Part shown: positions 38,300 to 48,454 of the stretch, one piece after another
Layout of the letters: every line of letters starts with the position of its first letter
How positions within the stretch are numbered: the first letter of the stretch is position 1
Origin: Nanobdellota archaeon
Lineage (GTDB): Archaea > Nanobdellota > Nanobdellia > Pacearchaeales > GW2011-AR1
Direction of reading: 5' to 3'
NCBI GenBank assembly: GCA_021818475.1
Contig: JAKADZ010000003.1
Location: forward strand, 27,988 to 91,987
DNA: 64,000 bases
Program-made: the position numbers and the translations under genes
The notes under the pieces: generated by a model
What the model was told of the DNA's origin: nothing
Database searches by the model: none
The model's input: the letters and a program-made list of their open reading frames with translations, nothing else

Positions 38300-39273
38300 A
38301 ACATGCACACCCTCGCATTATTTGTCTGATCGATAGATTCTGCTTCTGCCTGAATAACAGATAAATCTGAGGATTGATTGAGGTTCCCCGCATCTTTCCC
38401 GAGGGTGTTCAGTTCTTCCCCTAAATTGCTGTCACATCCTTTTCCCTCGGTGATAAGCTCTTTATTTGCATAAAGTGAAGACAACTCCCTCAGTCTAAGC
38501 ATCAGCCTTTTAACCTGGCATTCATAGACAGTGCTGTTTGAAAAAATAGCGGCATACATCAATGCTTTTGAATCGCTGACTCCTGAGAAATACATGACCG
38601 TCCCGTTTTTCTCAACCGAATCAGAACTAAAGTCGACATTTATATTGCATCTCTGCTGACCGAAACAAACTTTCACGTCGCTGTCTGAACAGTCGTTAAT
38701 TTTTAAATTGCTCTGGTTTAACTGTGAAATTTCTGTGCTTATATCATTCGGAGCGCCAACAAAGCAATAATTCACGTCGGCAGAAGTGATGTACATTAAA
38801 TCTGCAATTTTAAACGGAAAATTAAACGGCTCAGAAAAAATATAAAATTTCTGCCCTTCTACCTGGCTTTCAGAAAAAATATATTTATTTTCAAATCCGA
38901 CTCGGGTATCTGTTGCGACCCATTTTCCAAAATTTTTCTGGTCTAACTGTATAACTTGCTGCCCAAAATCTCCGGTCGGAATGCATATATTATCTATCCT
39001 GGTATCTGTCGGTATTGTTATCGACGTAGTTTGTGCAGATTCAAAGCTGGTCTCCATCGGGTCGAGCAAAACCCCTATCTGCTGTCCTGTTTCAGCGCTT
39101 ACTGCTGTCTGTTGTGTTCCTATAAGTTTTGAACTGAGATAAATAGCAAGAAAGATTATTACTATCCCTGCGATAATTGCAAAAAGCCATCCAAAAGATA
39201 TTTCCAAAGCCCCTCTGCTGTTTTTTCCTGAAAAATTAGCGAGAGAAAAATTTTTATTCTGGCTTCTTTTCAT
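38293..39273 (-). CDS. pilin-like protein, class III signal peptide
   Basis: RG|ALEISFGWLFAIIAG. Confidence 0.75.
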   Translation of the reverse strand: MKRSQNKNFSLANFSGKNSRGALEISFGWLFAIIAGIVIIFLAIYLSSKLIGTQQTAVSAETGQQIGVLLDPMETSFESAQTTSITIPTDTRIDNICIPTGDFGQQVIQLDQKNFGKWVATDTRVGFENKYIFSESQVEGQKFYIFSEPFNFPFKIADLMYITSADVNYCFVGAPNDISTEISQLNQSNLKINDCSDSDVKVCFGQQRCNINVDFSSDSVEKNGTVMYFSGVSDSKALMYAAIFSNSTVYECQVKRLMLRLRELSSLYANKELITEGKGCDSNLGEELNTLGKDAGNLNQSSDLSVIQAEAESIDQTNNARVCMLW

Positions 39274-39279
39274 TTTATA

Positions 39280-39723
39280 TCACCTCGTTACTGTAACCAG
39301 CGTCTCTCCGAAATTTTTTTCAATTGTCATGCTTAATTTTCCGTTTGCAGTCTGGATGCAATAAGGATTTTCATCTTGGGTTATTTTTGCCTGATCTATA
39401 TTTTCAATTGTTTTCTCAGGAACTATCTGGCTCGAGGTAAATTTCAGATTGCCGACAGGATCTCCGTTGATAAAACAGACTGCACTTATATAAGAAGGCA
39501 GAGGATAAACCACTGTCTGGCTTCCCTGAACACTTTTCCACATCTTATTTATATCATCCTGAAAATTATTGAGAAATGTATCTATCTGAACTGACTGCTG
39601 CAAATCTATAAATTTTTTTATTGCATAAAATGCGAATGCGAGAAAAACAATTATCATAATTATTGTAAAAATCATTCCGAACGACAAATTCATCTGCCCC
39701 TTAATGTTCCCTCTTTTATCCAT
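39280..39723 (-). CDS. pilin-like protein, class III signal peptide
   Basis: KG|QMNLSFGMIFTIIMII; start at MDKRG. Confidence 0.75.
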   Translation of the reverse strand: MDKRGNIKGQMNLSFGMIFTIIMIIVFLAFAFYAIKKFIDLQQSVQIDTFLNNFQDDINKMWKSVQGSQTVVYPLPSYISAVCFINGDPVGNLKFTSSQIVPEKTIENIDQAKITQDENPYCIQTANGKLSMTIEKNFGETLVTVTR

Positions 39724-39771
39724 ATCTAAAAATATCCAATATAACTTATAAATTTTTACATAACCAATCAT

Positions 39772-39873
39772 CAGTCATGAGCACTATCTCAGGGGAAAAT
39801 GATTGTAGCGAAAAATAAATTTTTCACTAATTCGTATAAATCCAAATTAAAGAAACCGCGTAGGTTTCGTTCA
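39772..39873 (+). repeat. short repeat family B copy 4 (with internal insertion)
   Basis: CAGTCATGAGCACTATCTCAGGGGAAAAT..AAGAAACCGCGTAGGTTTCGTTCA; TCATCAGT at both ends. Confidence 0.7.
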
Positions 39874-42051
39874 TCAGTAACTGCTGAAGGGTCTTACAGT
39901 TATACTGCATTCATCAGGATTTGGCTGATTTCCAAATTCATCCTGGCATTTTACATAGTAATTGCTGTTTGTATTCCAGTCAGTAAAGTGGTTTATGAAA
40001 TCTGTTGTTGTCATGTTAATGCCGTCGGCAAAATTATAACTGCAGCTGTTTGTTCCATAAACGCAGTTAGACTGTTCATCGGTTACAATGTTTAGTTGAT
40101 TATTCTCATTGTAAACTCTCACAACAGTTGGTGGCTGGAAGTCGCTTTCTACAGAGAATTGTGTTGACTGTGTAGCGCAGTTTCCATTTAATTCAGCGAG
40201 GTCACAGCATTTTATTGTATAATCATAATTTCCTGCATCCAGCCATAAATCCTGAGAATGCTGGTATGAGTTTGTGTTTGCGAATAATACATAAGCGCTG
40301 TCAGGCTGAGAGGTCTGCTTGAAATCGCAATATGCCTGTCCTTTATTGTATCCTGCAGAAGTGTGAGCAGTCAATGTGACTTTCACACTTTGTGTTGAAT
40401 CTTTGATTGTGCTTCCGACGTCAGGCGTTACAGAGTCAATAACTAAAGGCTGTGTCCCGTATAAAATATATTTGTAATCTGTTGCCATAGTATACCTGTC
40501 TGATTCATTATTAAGAGGATAACTCTTACAGTTGAAATAAAAATCGTTTTCAGTGCTGTCTTTCAGTCCGTCGACTGTCCCGGAACATTTGTAATAAGTA
40601 TTTGCATTCATTTCAGTTATACTCTGGGCACAGGTCATTGTATTGGGCATATTGTCATAAGATTCATCATTATGGCTCCATTTGCAGTCTGCAGGTTTGT
40701 CTGTGTAAATATTTACATCCTGCGAAGTCTTTCCGCTTTCAACAAACCATCCATTTAAAGGTTCTGTTAATTCAATTGAAGGAGCAGTGGTATCAGGACT
40801 CTTCTGCACGCAATATTTGAATACAAATGTTCCGACATTTGAATAACCATTTTCACTCTGGCATCTTACATAGACATTGAAATTTCCTCCGTTGCTTAAA
40901 TTGATTCCCTCATTAGATAATTCCGTTAATCCGCCGTGGACAGACATTAAAGTATGATTATACAAATATTCTCCGCTGCTGATTGCCTGTGCCATCTCGT
41001 CAAATGTGTCTGTTCTGTTTGTGTCTATTTTGCACATTCCTGGTTTATCAAGGGAAATTCCATAAGTTAATCTTGTGAATGCAGGAATGCATCCATCTGA
41101 TGTTTTTTTATCTTTTATTACAACTCCTGTATCTCCGGGAAGCGTCGCAGTATAAGGGTCATATTCAAATTGTGTTTTATCCAATGGTCCATCCCATGCA
41201 GTTATTGCAGGAGGATAAACATCATTTCTGTTGTTCCAGACGCACATTTCATCACTTGTTCCTGAATTCAGCAATTTGCAACTCTGGCCTAAACTTTCAC
41301 ATTTGTATTCAGTACAGGGCAATGCTCCTTTATTGCATTGTTCACAGTCAGCTCCTCCTGTTACTGGATGCCAAGGCAGACAACTGAATTGCACTGCATC
41401 AAATCTTACATCTCTGTAAGTAAATAATGCAATTAGGACACCAATTCCTGCCCCAATTAATCCTAACCCTGAAATAACTAATCCTCCAAAAGGAAGTGCA
41501 AGCCCCCAAAGAGGAGTTCCTGTTGCAGCAGAATATAATAATCCTACTGCTGCCCCAACCCCGAATCCAATTCCCACTGCATGTGAGACAGAATCTGATA
41601 ACTGCGGACTTACTCCCATCCATTGTAAAACATAAGTTGTTCCGTAATATAATGCTACTGCAATTCCTCCGTTAGTTAATATGTTCATTCCATTAGCCCA
41701 AAGATTGGCTCCAAACTGACTCCATCCGACAAAACTTGTTCCTCCTGCTCCTCCGGCCCCACCTGCTCCGCCAGCTCCTGCTGCAGGATACATTGAAGGA
41801 TTTTCTGCTCCCATAAATGCATAAGGATTTTTTACTCCTGACAATGCTGCAGTTGGCGTGGGTGCAGACGAAAGTGCTGCTTTTGCCTCGGCCATCATAT
41901 CAGGAAGATTGGAACTAACTGTAGTTATATCTGCAGCGTTGACAAATCCAAATTCATTTCCTACAAAATAAGAAAATGCAGAAATACTTCCAATTAATAT
42001 CATAATTTCAAATATTGCAATTGCCCCTTTTTCAAAATTTTTCTTTTTCAT
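39874..42051 (-). CDS. large surface protein: Gly/Ala-rich hydrophobic helices, Cys-rich segment, Ig-like repeats
   Basis: N-terminal signal, GAGGAGG linker, Gly-zipper helices, CLPW..DCEQC..CTEYKC, repeated DTTAP/TDKPADC/YYVKC modules. Confidence 0.75.
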   Translation of the reverse strand: MKKKNFEKGAIAIFEIMILIGSISAFSYFVGNEFGFVNAADITTVSSNLPDMMAEAKAALSSAPTPTAALSGVKNPYAFMGAENPSMYPAAGAGGAGGAGGAGGTSFVGWSQFGANLWANGMNILTNGGIAVALYYGTTYVLQWMGVSPQLSDSVSHAVGIGFGVGAAVGLLYSAATGTPLWGLALPFGGLVISGLGLIGAGIGVLIALFTYRDVRFDAVQFSCLPWHPVTGGADCEQCNKGALPCTEYKCESLGQSCKLLNSGTSDEMCVWNNRNDVYPPAITAWDGPLDKTQFEYDPYTATLPGDTGVVIKDKKTSDGCIPAFTRLTYGISLDKPGMCKIDTNRTDTFDEMAQAISSGEYLYNHTLMSVHGGLTELSNEGINLSNGGNFNVYVRCQSENGYSNVGTFVFKYCVQKSPDTTAPSIELTEPLNGWFVESGKTSQDVNIYTDKPADCKWSHNDESYDNMPNTMTCAQSITEMNANTYYKCSGTVDGLKDSTENDFYFNCKSYPLNNESDRYTMATDYKYILYGTQPLVIDSVTPDVGSTIKDSTQSVKVTLTAHTSAGYNKGQAYCDFKQTSQPDSAYVLFANTNSYQHSQDLWLDAGNYDYTIKCCDLAELNGNCATQSTQFSVESDFQPPTVVRVYNENNQLNIVTDEQSNCVYGTNSCSYNFADGINMTTTDFINHFTDWNTNSNYYVKCQDEFGNQPNPDECSITVRPFSSY

Positions 42052-42055
42052 TTTT

Positions 42056-43639
42056 TTATCCGCTGCTCCCGGTTTGTATTGATATCTGACTTTGAGTATA
42101 TCCATCTTTTCCGAGATAATTCTTCTGATTTCCACAGTCTCCTAACTGAGTGCAGATATTATTCATCTGAGTCTGCCAATTTGGACTTAAACATGAACAG
42201 TTATTTTTTCCGCTCCATCCCAAAAAAGTACTGTCTGGAGAACAAGTCCAGCTTCCGCCGATTGATTTTTCCATTCTTACTATGCAGGTTGAACTTGCTC
42301 CTGCACAGCTCGAAGTTGTGTCGCTGCTTGGGGTTTGACTAAATCCCGGCGCATAATTTGGAACACAAATTCCAGAAGAACCGGTATTTTGAAGTCCGCT
42401 CGATGTAAAATTATATCCTGAAGAACTTACCCATTTGCAATCTCTTACATTACTGTCTTCACAATCTGATTGTGTTGACTGGCCCCAGCAATCCTGCCAA
42501 ATATTCACTTTGCAGTTTGCAGTATAAAATTTGCTTCCTGATGAAGTTATTGTATCATTTTCTACACAAACTTTTTGTCTTGGTGAATCACATTCTTCAT
42601 TTGTGACTTCTCCATTATAACACATTAATCTGAAATCAGTTGCTCCTGGGGAATAGCTGTTTCCTGTTTTTGAATCTGTTGAACACCATGTCTCTCCTTG
42701 TTTTGGATAGTTAGTTGAAGTGGCATATCCTGTTGGGGAACCGCTGTATGGCCCGCGATAATTCACACAGTCTAGATTTCTGCATAAGTTATTCCCGTAA
42801 TTTACAGAATCTCCTGACTGCTTCGCCTGGCACATACTTCCTGAATAATAATCACAAACTCCGCAGCTTGGGGAATTCTTATTCCCTTTGCCGTCGTCGC
42901 ATGTGGGAGATTGTATTTTTGTCCAGTAATTTTCATCATTTATCTTTGAAGAATCATAAACATTTGCCAGGTTTCCGCAGCTGTCTTCAAAATAAACATT
43001 TCCGTCGTCACCGCAAATAGTGTTTTGTGTTTTTCCGCAGACAGTTCCCAATTCCTGCGCACTGCACAAATATCCTTCGTGGAATGAAACATTTCCGAGG
43101 GCAGAATTTTGCGCCATTGTCTGGCAGTCTTTTTTTGTATCCATTTCACAGGTTGTTACATAATCTTTTGTGTAAACACACGCCCCCTTTGCCTGGGGAT
43201 TTGCGCTTGCAAGACAGGTTAATTCATCGTTGACATTTGGCTGGTAAGTAGAATCAATTCCATAAAGCACAGACATTCTGTTGCATGCAACTTGCGTAAC
43301 AAATGCCGCCTGGTCTCCCATTAAACAGCACCCTAATTTACATTGGGGAAGACTGCTTTGTGGCTGAGGGCTCCAAAACCCGTTATTGCTTTCACATGCT
43401 CTTTCTGTTGAAGGCATACATGTTCCTTCCTGCTGGTCGATGCAGGTTCCTTCTGCACAAAAAGATGTTGATGCGCAGGGAGTAGACAAACTTTTGTAAT
43501 TGCTGTCGCATTGAGATTGATCATTTACATTCTGGCAAAATGCTCCTGAAGTTGTTTTTTCACAGCAATAACTTGCTGCACTCACAATTCCAATTAGTAA
43601 AATTCCAAAGAACAATAATAAAAATATTTTTCCCCTCAT
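42056..43639 (-). CDS. secreted very Cys-rich protein
   Basis: Signal peptide, CCEKT, CKLGCC and many further Cys. Confidence 0.8.
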   Translation of the reverse strand: MRGKIFLLLFFGILLIGIVSAASYCCEKTTSGAFCQNVNDQSQCDSNYKSLSTPCASTSFCAEGTCIDQQEGTCMPSTERACESNNGFWSPQPQSSLPQCKLGCCLMGDQAAFVTQVACNRMSVLYGIDSTYQPNVNDELTCLASANPQAKGACVYTKDYVTTCEMDTKKDCQTMAQNSALGNVSFHEGYLCSAQELGTVCGKTQNTICGDDGNVYFEDSCGNLANVYDSSKINDENYWTKIQSPTCDDGKGNKNSPSCGVCDYYSGSMCQAKQSGDSVNYGNNLCRNLDCVNYRGPYSGSPTGYATSTNYPKQGETWCSTDSKTGNSYSPGATDFRLMCYNGEVTNEECDSPRQKVCVENDTITSSGSKFYTANCKVNIWQDCWGQSTQSDCEDSNVRDCKWVSSSGYNFTSSGLQNTGSSGICVPNYAPGFSQTPSSDTTSSCAGASSTCIVRMEKSIGGSWTCSPDSTFLGWSGKNNCSCLSPNWQTQMNNICTQLGDCGNQKNYLGKDGYTQSQISIQTGSSG

Positions 43640-43640
43640 T

Positions 43641-44492
43641 TTATGTTGTTGGCGTTAAGTATCCTGCAGGCCATATTTGCCCTCTTATTGCAAACTGAAA
43701 TTTATCTCCTGTGTCTCTGTCAGTCAGTACGTAAATTTTTCCGTCATTTCCCCTCAAAATTTTTTCTGCTTTCAGATTATGATAGTAAGTCATGTATGTT
43801 GCTACATCAACATCACCATAACTTGCTTCCCATTCGATTATACTATTAGCTATTGAAACTAATTCATAAAGATTATTATTCACCAAAACAACAAATGAAT
43901 TATACTTCTGCGCATTTTCTCCTTTTGTCAAAGTTAAGGAATAATTAAAAGTTGCGACAATCCTGTTTGGAAATAATTCAACTGTTTTCATTCCAGGTTT
44001 TAAATCGACGCTGAATCCTTGTTTGACATAACTCTGCTGCATTGATGTAAAACAGGCATCGACGTTATTGCTTATCTGATTTTTAATCTCTGATTCAATA
44101 TGTGATTTTAACATTGGCTGCTGCACTTCGCACGGACGGTAATATTCATTTGTGTAACATAGGTATTCAACTTTTGAATCGTTGTAAAGAAGATAATTTG
44201 TTGCATTTATGCTTCCTCCCTGCAGTGAAAGAGTGTCGACGGCATTTTTAATATCCTGTTCAATGCAGGATTGAATAAATTGTTGCGGACTTTGCTGTGC
44301 TGTTCCCAAACTTGTTTTAATCTGCGGATAAAAACTATAAATAAGAAGTCCTACAGCGACGATGATTATTCCGATGATAATAAAAATAGTTACCTGCCCC
44401 GAGCGATTTCGCGGAAGTAAGGTCAGTGACTTGCAAGCGGGGTCGCAAGCAGTTTTATTACTTAGAAAATTATTTCCCTCTTTTTTATCCAT
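43641..44492 (-). CDS. pilin-like protein, class III signal peptide
   Basis: RSG|QVTIFIIIGIIIV; leader contains repeat A'. Confidence 0.8.
   Translation of the reverse strand: MDKKEGNNFLSNKTACDPACKSLTLLPRNRSGQVTIFIIIGIIIVAVGLLIYSFYPQIKTSLGTAQQSPQQFIQSCIEQDIKNAVDTLSLQGGSINATNYLLYNDSKVEYLCYTNEYYRPCEVQQPMLKSHIESEIKNQISNNVDACFTSMQQSYVKQGFSVDLKPGMKTVELFPNRIVATFNYSLTLTKGENAQKYNSFVVLVNNNLYELVSIANSIIEWEASYGDVDVATYMTYYHNLKAEKILRGNDGKIYVLTDRDTGDKFQFAIRGQIWPAGYLTPTT
44399..44450 (+). repeat. structured repeat family A (subtype A') copy 5, in-frame in prepilin leader
   Basis: CC-GA-GCGATTTCGC..GCGGGGTCGC; encodes ACDPACKSLTLLPRNRS on minus strand. Confidence 0.85.
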
Positions 44493-44548
44493 CTGATTTT
44501 TAAGATATTATTATTTATAAATCTTAAGAAAAATTTTCGATATAGTTT

Positions 44549-45274
44549 TTAATCTTCGGTTTCAACTCTCGGAGCCAAAAGGAAATTCAATTCCATATGT
44601 TCTGTTTTGATATCAAGTTTTAATGGATGGTCATTTGCAAAATTCAAAATAGTTTTTTCTGCAACTTTGGCGCCTTTCATAAATTTCTGAAGATATTCCA
44701 GACTGTATTTTGATTTGCATTCTTCCCCTTCAATTTTTATTGCATCTCTTGAAAATTCAGAACGTGTTGAATTCAATCCGCGCGCTTCAATGACAAAATT
44801 CCCGTTGTTTATTGCAAAAGAGCAGGCATCAGACACGACAACGCAATCGTCAATTGATGAAGCTAAATCTGCAGGATATATTTCAACTTTTGCGCTGTAA
44901 TCTAAAACAGGCATTTCTTTTTCCTGCCCTTCAACTTCAATTAGATTCAGGCTGAAGTCTCTTTTTATTTTGTCAAGAATTTGTATGTCCAAATAATTGT
45001 CTCTTTTTTCAAAAATAAGCGGACTTCCTGCACTGCATCTTTTTAGTATTCTTTTAAGACTGTCAAGATTAATTCCCAAAACTTCATCTCCGGTTTCAAA
45101 TTGCGAGAATGCGCTTTTTGGAATCCTGAATTTTACCATCGCAACATTTGCGGGGTCAATTGCAGTTATGCTCATTCCAAATTCATTTACTTTTATTCTC
45201 ACTTCGCTCACTAATTCAGAAATTACCTCTATTGTTTTTGAGAGGAAACTCGCATCTTCTAATCTTACTAGCAT
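44549..45274 (-). CDS. pcn: DNA sliding clamp PCNA
   Basis: AIDPANVAMV, SKYSLEYL, FLLAPRVE. Confidence 0.96.
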   Translation of the reverse strand: MLVRLEDASFLSKTIEVISELVSEVRIKVNEFGMSITAIDPANVAMVKFRIPKSAFSQFETGDEVLGINLDSLKRILKRCSAGSPLIFEKRDNYLDIQILDKIKRDFSLNLIEVEGQEKEMPVLDYSAKVEIYPADLASSIDDCVVVSDACSFAINNGNFVIEARGLNSTRSEFSRDAIKIEGEECKSKYSLEYLQKFMKGAKVAEKTILNFANDHPLKLDIKTEHMELNFLLAPRVETED

Positions 45275-45359
45275 ATTCAAGAAAATATATTACCTCTTTT
45301 AAGGATTACTATTTTTCAGTATAGGTTATTTATTTAAACTTTTCATAATTTTATTCGGA

Positions 45360-46679
45360 ATGGAAAACATTCAAAAAGAGAATTCTTCCGACCCTTCAAA
45401 AATTAAAGAAGAAAGAATAAGAAAAATAACACATTTATATTATTCCAAGCCTGAAATTCAGAAAGCAATTTTTGAATTTTCCGGAAACAGGGAAATCTCT
45501 CCCAGATATTTTGAAGGATTTGGAAAACGGCCTGATACATTTGAATATGTCGGAGATATTTTCGGACTTGTAAAAAAAGGAGCCACTTCTTTTCATTGTT
45601 CTGAAGAACTTTGGGAAAATCCCCTGAATATAATGACAAATGCAGACCGAAAAGAGCTGGATAAAATGAGAATTGGATGGGATTTGCTTTTGGATATTGA
45701 CAGCAAATACATTGATTACAGCAAGATTATGGCGAAGATAATAATTAATTTTCTTGAATTTAGCGGAGTAAAAAATGTCGGGATAAAATTTTCAGGGAGC
45801 AAAGGATTTCATATAATTGTTCCATGGAAAGCATTTCCGAAGGAAATTAACGGAGTCAAAACTTCTGATATGTTCCCGGAATGGCCGAGAATTCTTACTA
45901 AATATATCATGGAAAAAACTCATGATTATCTGATAACAGAAATTACAAAACTTCATTTTCCTGATTCAAAATATGTAAAAGACAGGGAAGCCCCGAAAGA
46001 AGTTATGCCCGATTTGATTCTTGTTTCACCGCGTCATCTTTTCAGAATGCCTTATTCCCTTCACGAAAAAACTTCACTTGCAAGTGTTGTAATTGACAAA
46101 AATAAAATTATGGAATTTCAGCCAAAAGATGCCGACCCGTTCAAAGTCGAGGTAAAAAATTTTTCTCCGAACTGTAGGGAAGGCGAAGCAACCCAACTAT
46201 TAATGCAGGCTCTTGATTGGAATAAAGAAAATTCTTTTGAAGAGGAAAAGAAAACTTTTGAATTCAGGCCTGTTCAGATTACTGACCGTTCAGAAAAAAA
46301 TTTTCCCCCTTGCGTAAAACAGATACTTCTCGGAATTAAAGACGGAAAAAAGCGTGCCTTGTTTTTTCTGATAAATTTTTTCCGCTCAATCGGAGTTGAT
46401 AAGGAGGAACTGGAAAAAATAATTTATTCATGGAACGAAAAAAATCAGCCGCCTCTTCAGGCAGGTTACATTAAATCACAGATTTCCTGGGCCTTAAGGA
46501 AAAAACCAATCATGCCCCCAAATTGCAGAGAGTTCTATCAGGGAATAGGAGTTTGCGCTTTTGATGACGCTCTTTGCAGGAAAATAAAAAATCCGATTAA
46601 TTATGTAATCAGAAAAAATTTTGCTTCTGCAAAAAGAAAATCATCGAAAAATAAAGATAATTTTAAAAATAAGGATTGA
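45360..46679 (+). CDS. fused DNA primase PriS-PriL
   Basis: PriS motifs DLLLDID, FSGSKGFH, RMPYS; PriL Fe-S region FPPC..MPPNC..C..C..KNPINY. Confidence 0.9.
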   Translation: MENIQKENSSDPSKIKEERIRKITHLYYSKPEIQKAIFEFSGNREISPRYFEGFGKRPDTFEYVGDIFGLVKKGATSFHCSEELWENPLNIMTNADRKELDKMRIGWDLLLDIDSKYIDYSKIMAKIIINFLEFSGVKNVGIKFSGSKGFHIIVPWKAFPKEINGVKTSDMFPEWPRILTKYIMEKTHDYLITEITKLHFPDSKYVKDREAPKEVMPDLILVSPRHLFRMPYSLHEKTSLASVVIDKNKIMEFQPKDADPFKVEVKNFSPNCREGEATQLLMQALDWNKENSFEEEKKTFEFRPVQITDRSEKNFPPCVKQILLGIKDGKKRALFFLINFFRSIGVDKEELEKIIYSWNEKNQPPLQAGYIKSQISWALRKKPIMPPNCREFYQGIGVCAFDDALCRKIKNPINYVIRKNFASAKRKSSKNKDNFKNKD

Positions 46680-46690
46680 TTAAAATAACT

Positions 46691-48454
46691 ATGAAAAAAA
46701 AGGTGTTTGTAATTTTCTTTTTCCTATTAATACTATCTGCATTCTTTATCTCTGCAGAAACAAATCAAAGTGTTGATGACAAAGGTTATTCATGTCTGTT
46801 AAGCAAGGTCACTAATAATTGTGCATCTCTCTCAACAGAAGAAAAAATATTTTCATTATTGGCAGTCGGACAGTGCAAAACAGAATTGCTTTCAGATTCA
46901 TCAGGAAATCAGTGCTGGCCTCAGTCGGGATGTACAATAAAGACAACCGCTCAGGCAATTATGGCATTAAGCCAGACCGGTTCTGACACTTCGCAGGCAG
47001 AAAGCTGGCTATCTTCACGGAATATGACTTATCCTAATATTGACTGGTTATTGCAAATCGATACAACAAATTCAACTTCGTGTACTGCAAATTATTTAGG
47101 GGGAACTTATTCTTTTTCAACTAATGAAGATAAAACATTAAGCGGGAGTGCAGGAAGCTGTTTGAGTTTATACCAAAATTATTGGCTGAAAATTTCTCCA
47201 AACTGTTATAATCAGGATATTCAGATATCATGTTCTGATTCTTTTATGACTTCCTTACTGTACAAGAAAAAAACTTCCGATACCGTTTATGTTTCAGATA
47301 AAACTGTTTCTGCAGCAGGTGAAGGAACAACAACTGAAAGAGTAAACTCTCTGTGTTTTTCTTCTGACGGCAGTTCATGCGATTATGAAGGGACTTTGTG
47401 GGCTGCATTAGTTTTGAAATCACGTGGGAAAGATGTTTCTGCATACATCCCCTATCTGATTGCTTTGGCAGATGATAACTCAAAGTATGTTCCATACTCT
47501 TTTATTTATTCTTTAACAGGAAATTTCAGAACAGACTTGCTTGCACAGCAGCAGCAAAATCAGTGGTGGTCTGCATCGGGTGATAAAATATATGACACTG
47601 CAGTTGCTCTTCTCCCTTTCCAGAATGAAAATTCTCTTCTTGAAAAAACAAACTCTCAAAACTGGCTGACTCAGATTCAGGGAACTGACGGATGCTGGCA
47701 GGATAATATAAGAAATACTGCATTCATCCTTTATTCATTATGGCCTAGACAGGTTTCTACACAGATTTCTCCTGATTGTCAGAACTCAGGAAATTATTGT
47801 ACTTCAAGTGCATTATGTTCTTCTGTGTCAGGCAATGTATTAAGTAATTATAGTGGATGTTTCGGGACAAATGTCTGCTGTGATAAACAGCCGCCTACCC
47901 CAAGTTGCGCAGATCAAAATGGGCAGATATGTTCTTCTGGGCAGACATGCATTGGGGGAACAACGGTAAGTTCATCTGATACAACTTCCTTGACTTCATG
48001 CTGTATAAACGGAAATTGCGGGACTCCGACAACTTCCGATTGTGAATTAAATAATGGTGTTTGTAAAAGTTCCTGTGCAACAAATGAGCAGTTTGCTTCT
48101 TATTCCTGTTCTTCGGGAGTATGCTGTATCGCTAAACCTGCTGCAACTACATCAAATGTTTTGTTGATAATTCTTCTTGTTGTGCTGATTGTTTTGGTTG
48201 CATTGGGGATAATCTTCCGAAATAAACTAAGAATACTTTGGCTTAAATTTAAATCAAAAGGGAAAGGCAAACCTTCAGCGGTAGCAGGAGGTCCAAGATT
48301 CCCTCCAACCTCTTCGGCAAAAGTTTATCCTGGAGCAATTCCGCGAAAGATAATCACTCCTCAGCAGCCACAGAGAATGCCTGTGAGACCCATGGCCAAG
48401 AATAAACCTGAATATGACGAAGTACTCAAGAAATTAAAAGAAATGGGCAAATAA
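46691..48454 (+). CDS. surface protein with Cys-rich repeats, TM and Pro-rich cytoplasmic tail
   Basis: Signal peptide, helical repeats (TAQAIMAL, QGTDGCW), CC modules, TM near C-terminus. Confidence 0.8.
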   Translation: MKKKVFVIFFFLLILSAFFISAETNQSVDDKGYSCLLSKVTNNCASLSTEEKIFSLLAVGQCKTELLSDSSGNQCWPQSGCTIKTTAQAIMALSQTGSDTSQAESWLSSRNMTYPNIDWLLQIDTTNSTSCTANYLGGTYSFSTNEDKTLSGSAGSCLSLYQNYWLKISPNCYNQDIQISCSDSFMTSLLYKKKTSDTVYVSDKTVSAAGEGTTTERVNSLCFSSDGSSCDYEGTLWAALVLKSRGKDVSAYIPYLIALADDNSKYVPYSFIYSLTGNFRTDLLAQQQQNQWWSASGDKIYDTAVALLPFQNENSLLEKTNSQNWLTQIQGTDGCWQDNIRNTAFILYSLWPRQVSTQISPDCQNSGNYCTSSALCSSVSGNVLSNYSGCFGTNVCCDKQPPTPSCADQNGQICSSGQTCIGGTTVSSSDTTSLTSCCINGNCGTPTTSDCELNNGVCKSSCATNEQFASYSCSSGVCCIAKPAATTSNVLLIILLVVLIVLVALGIIFRNKLRILWLKFKSKGKGKPSAVAGGPRFPPTSSAKVYPGAIPRKIITPQQPQRMPVRPMAKNKPEYDEVLKKLKEMGK

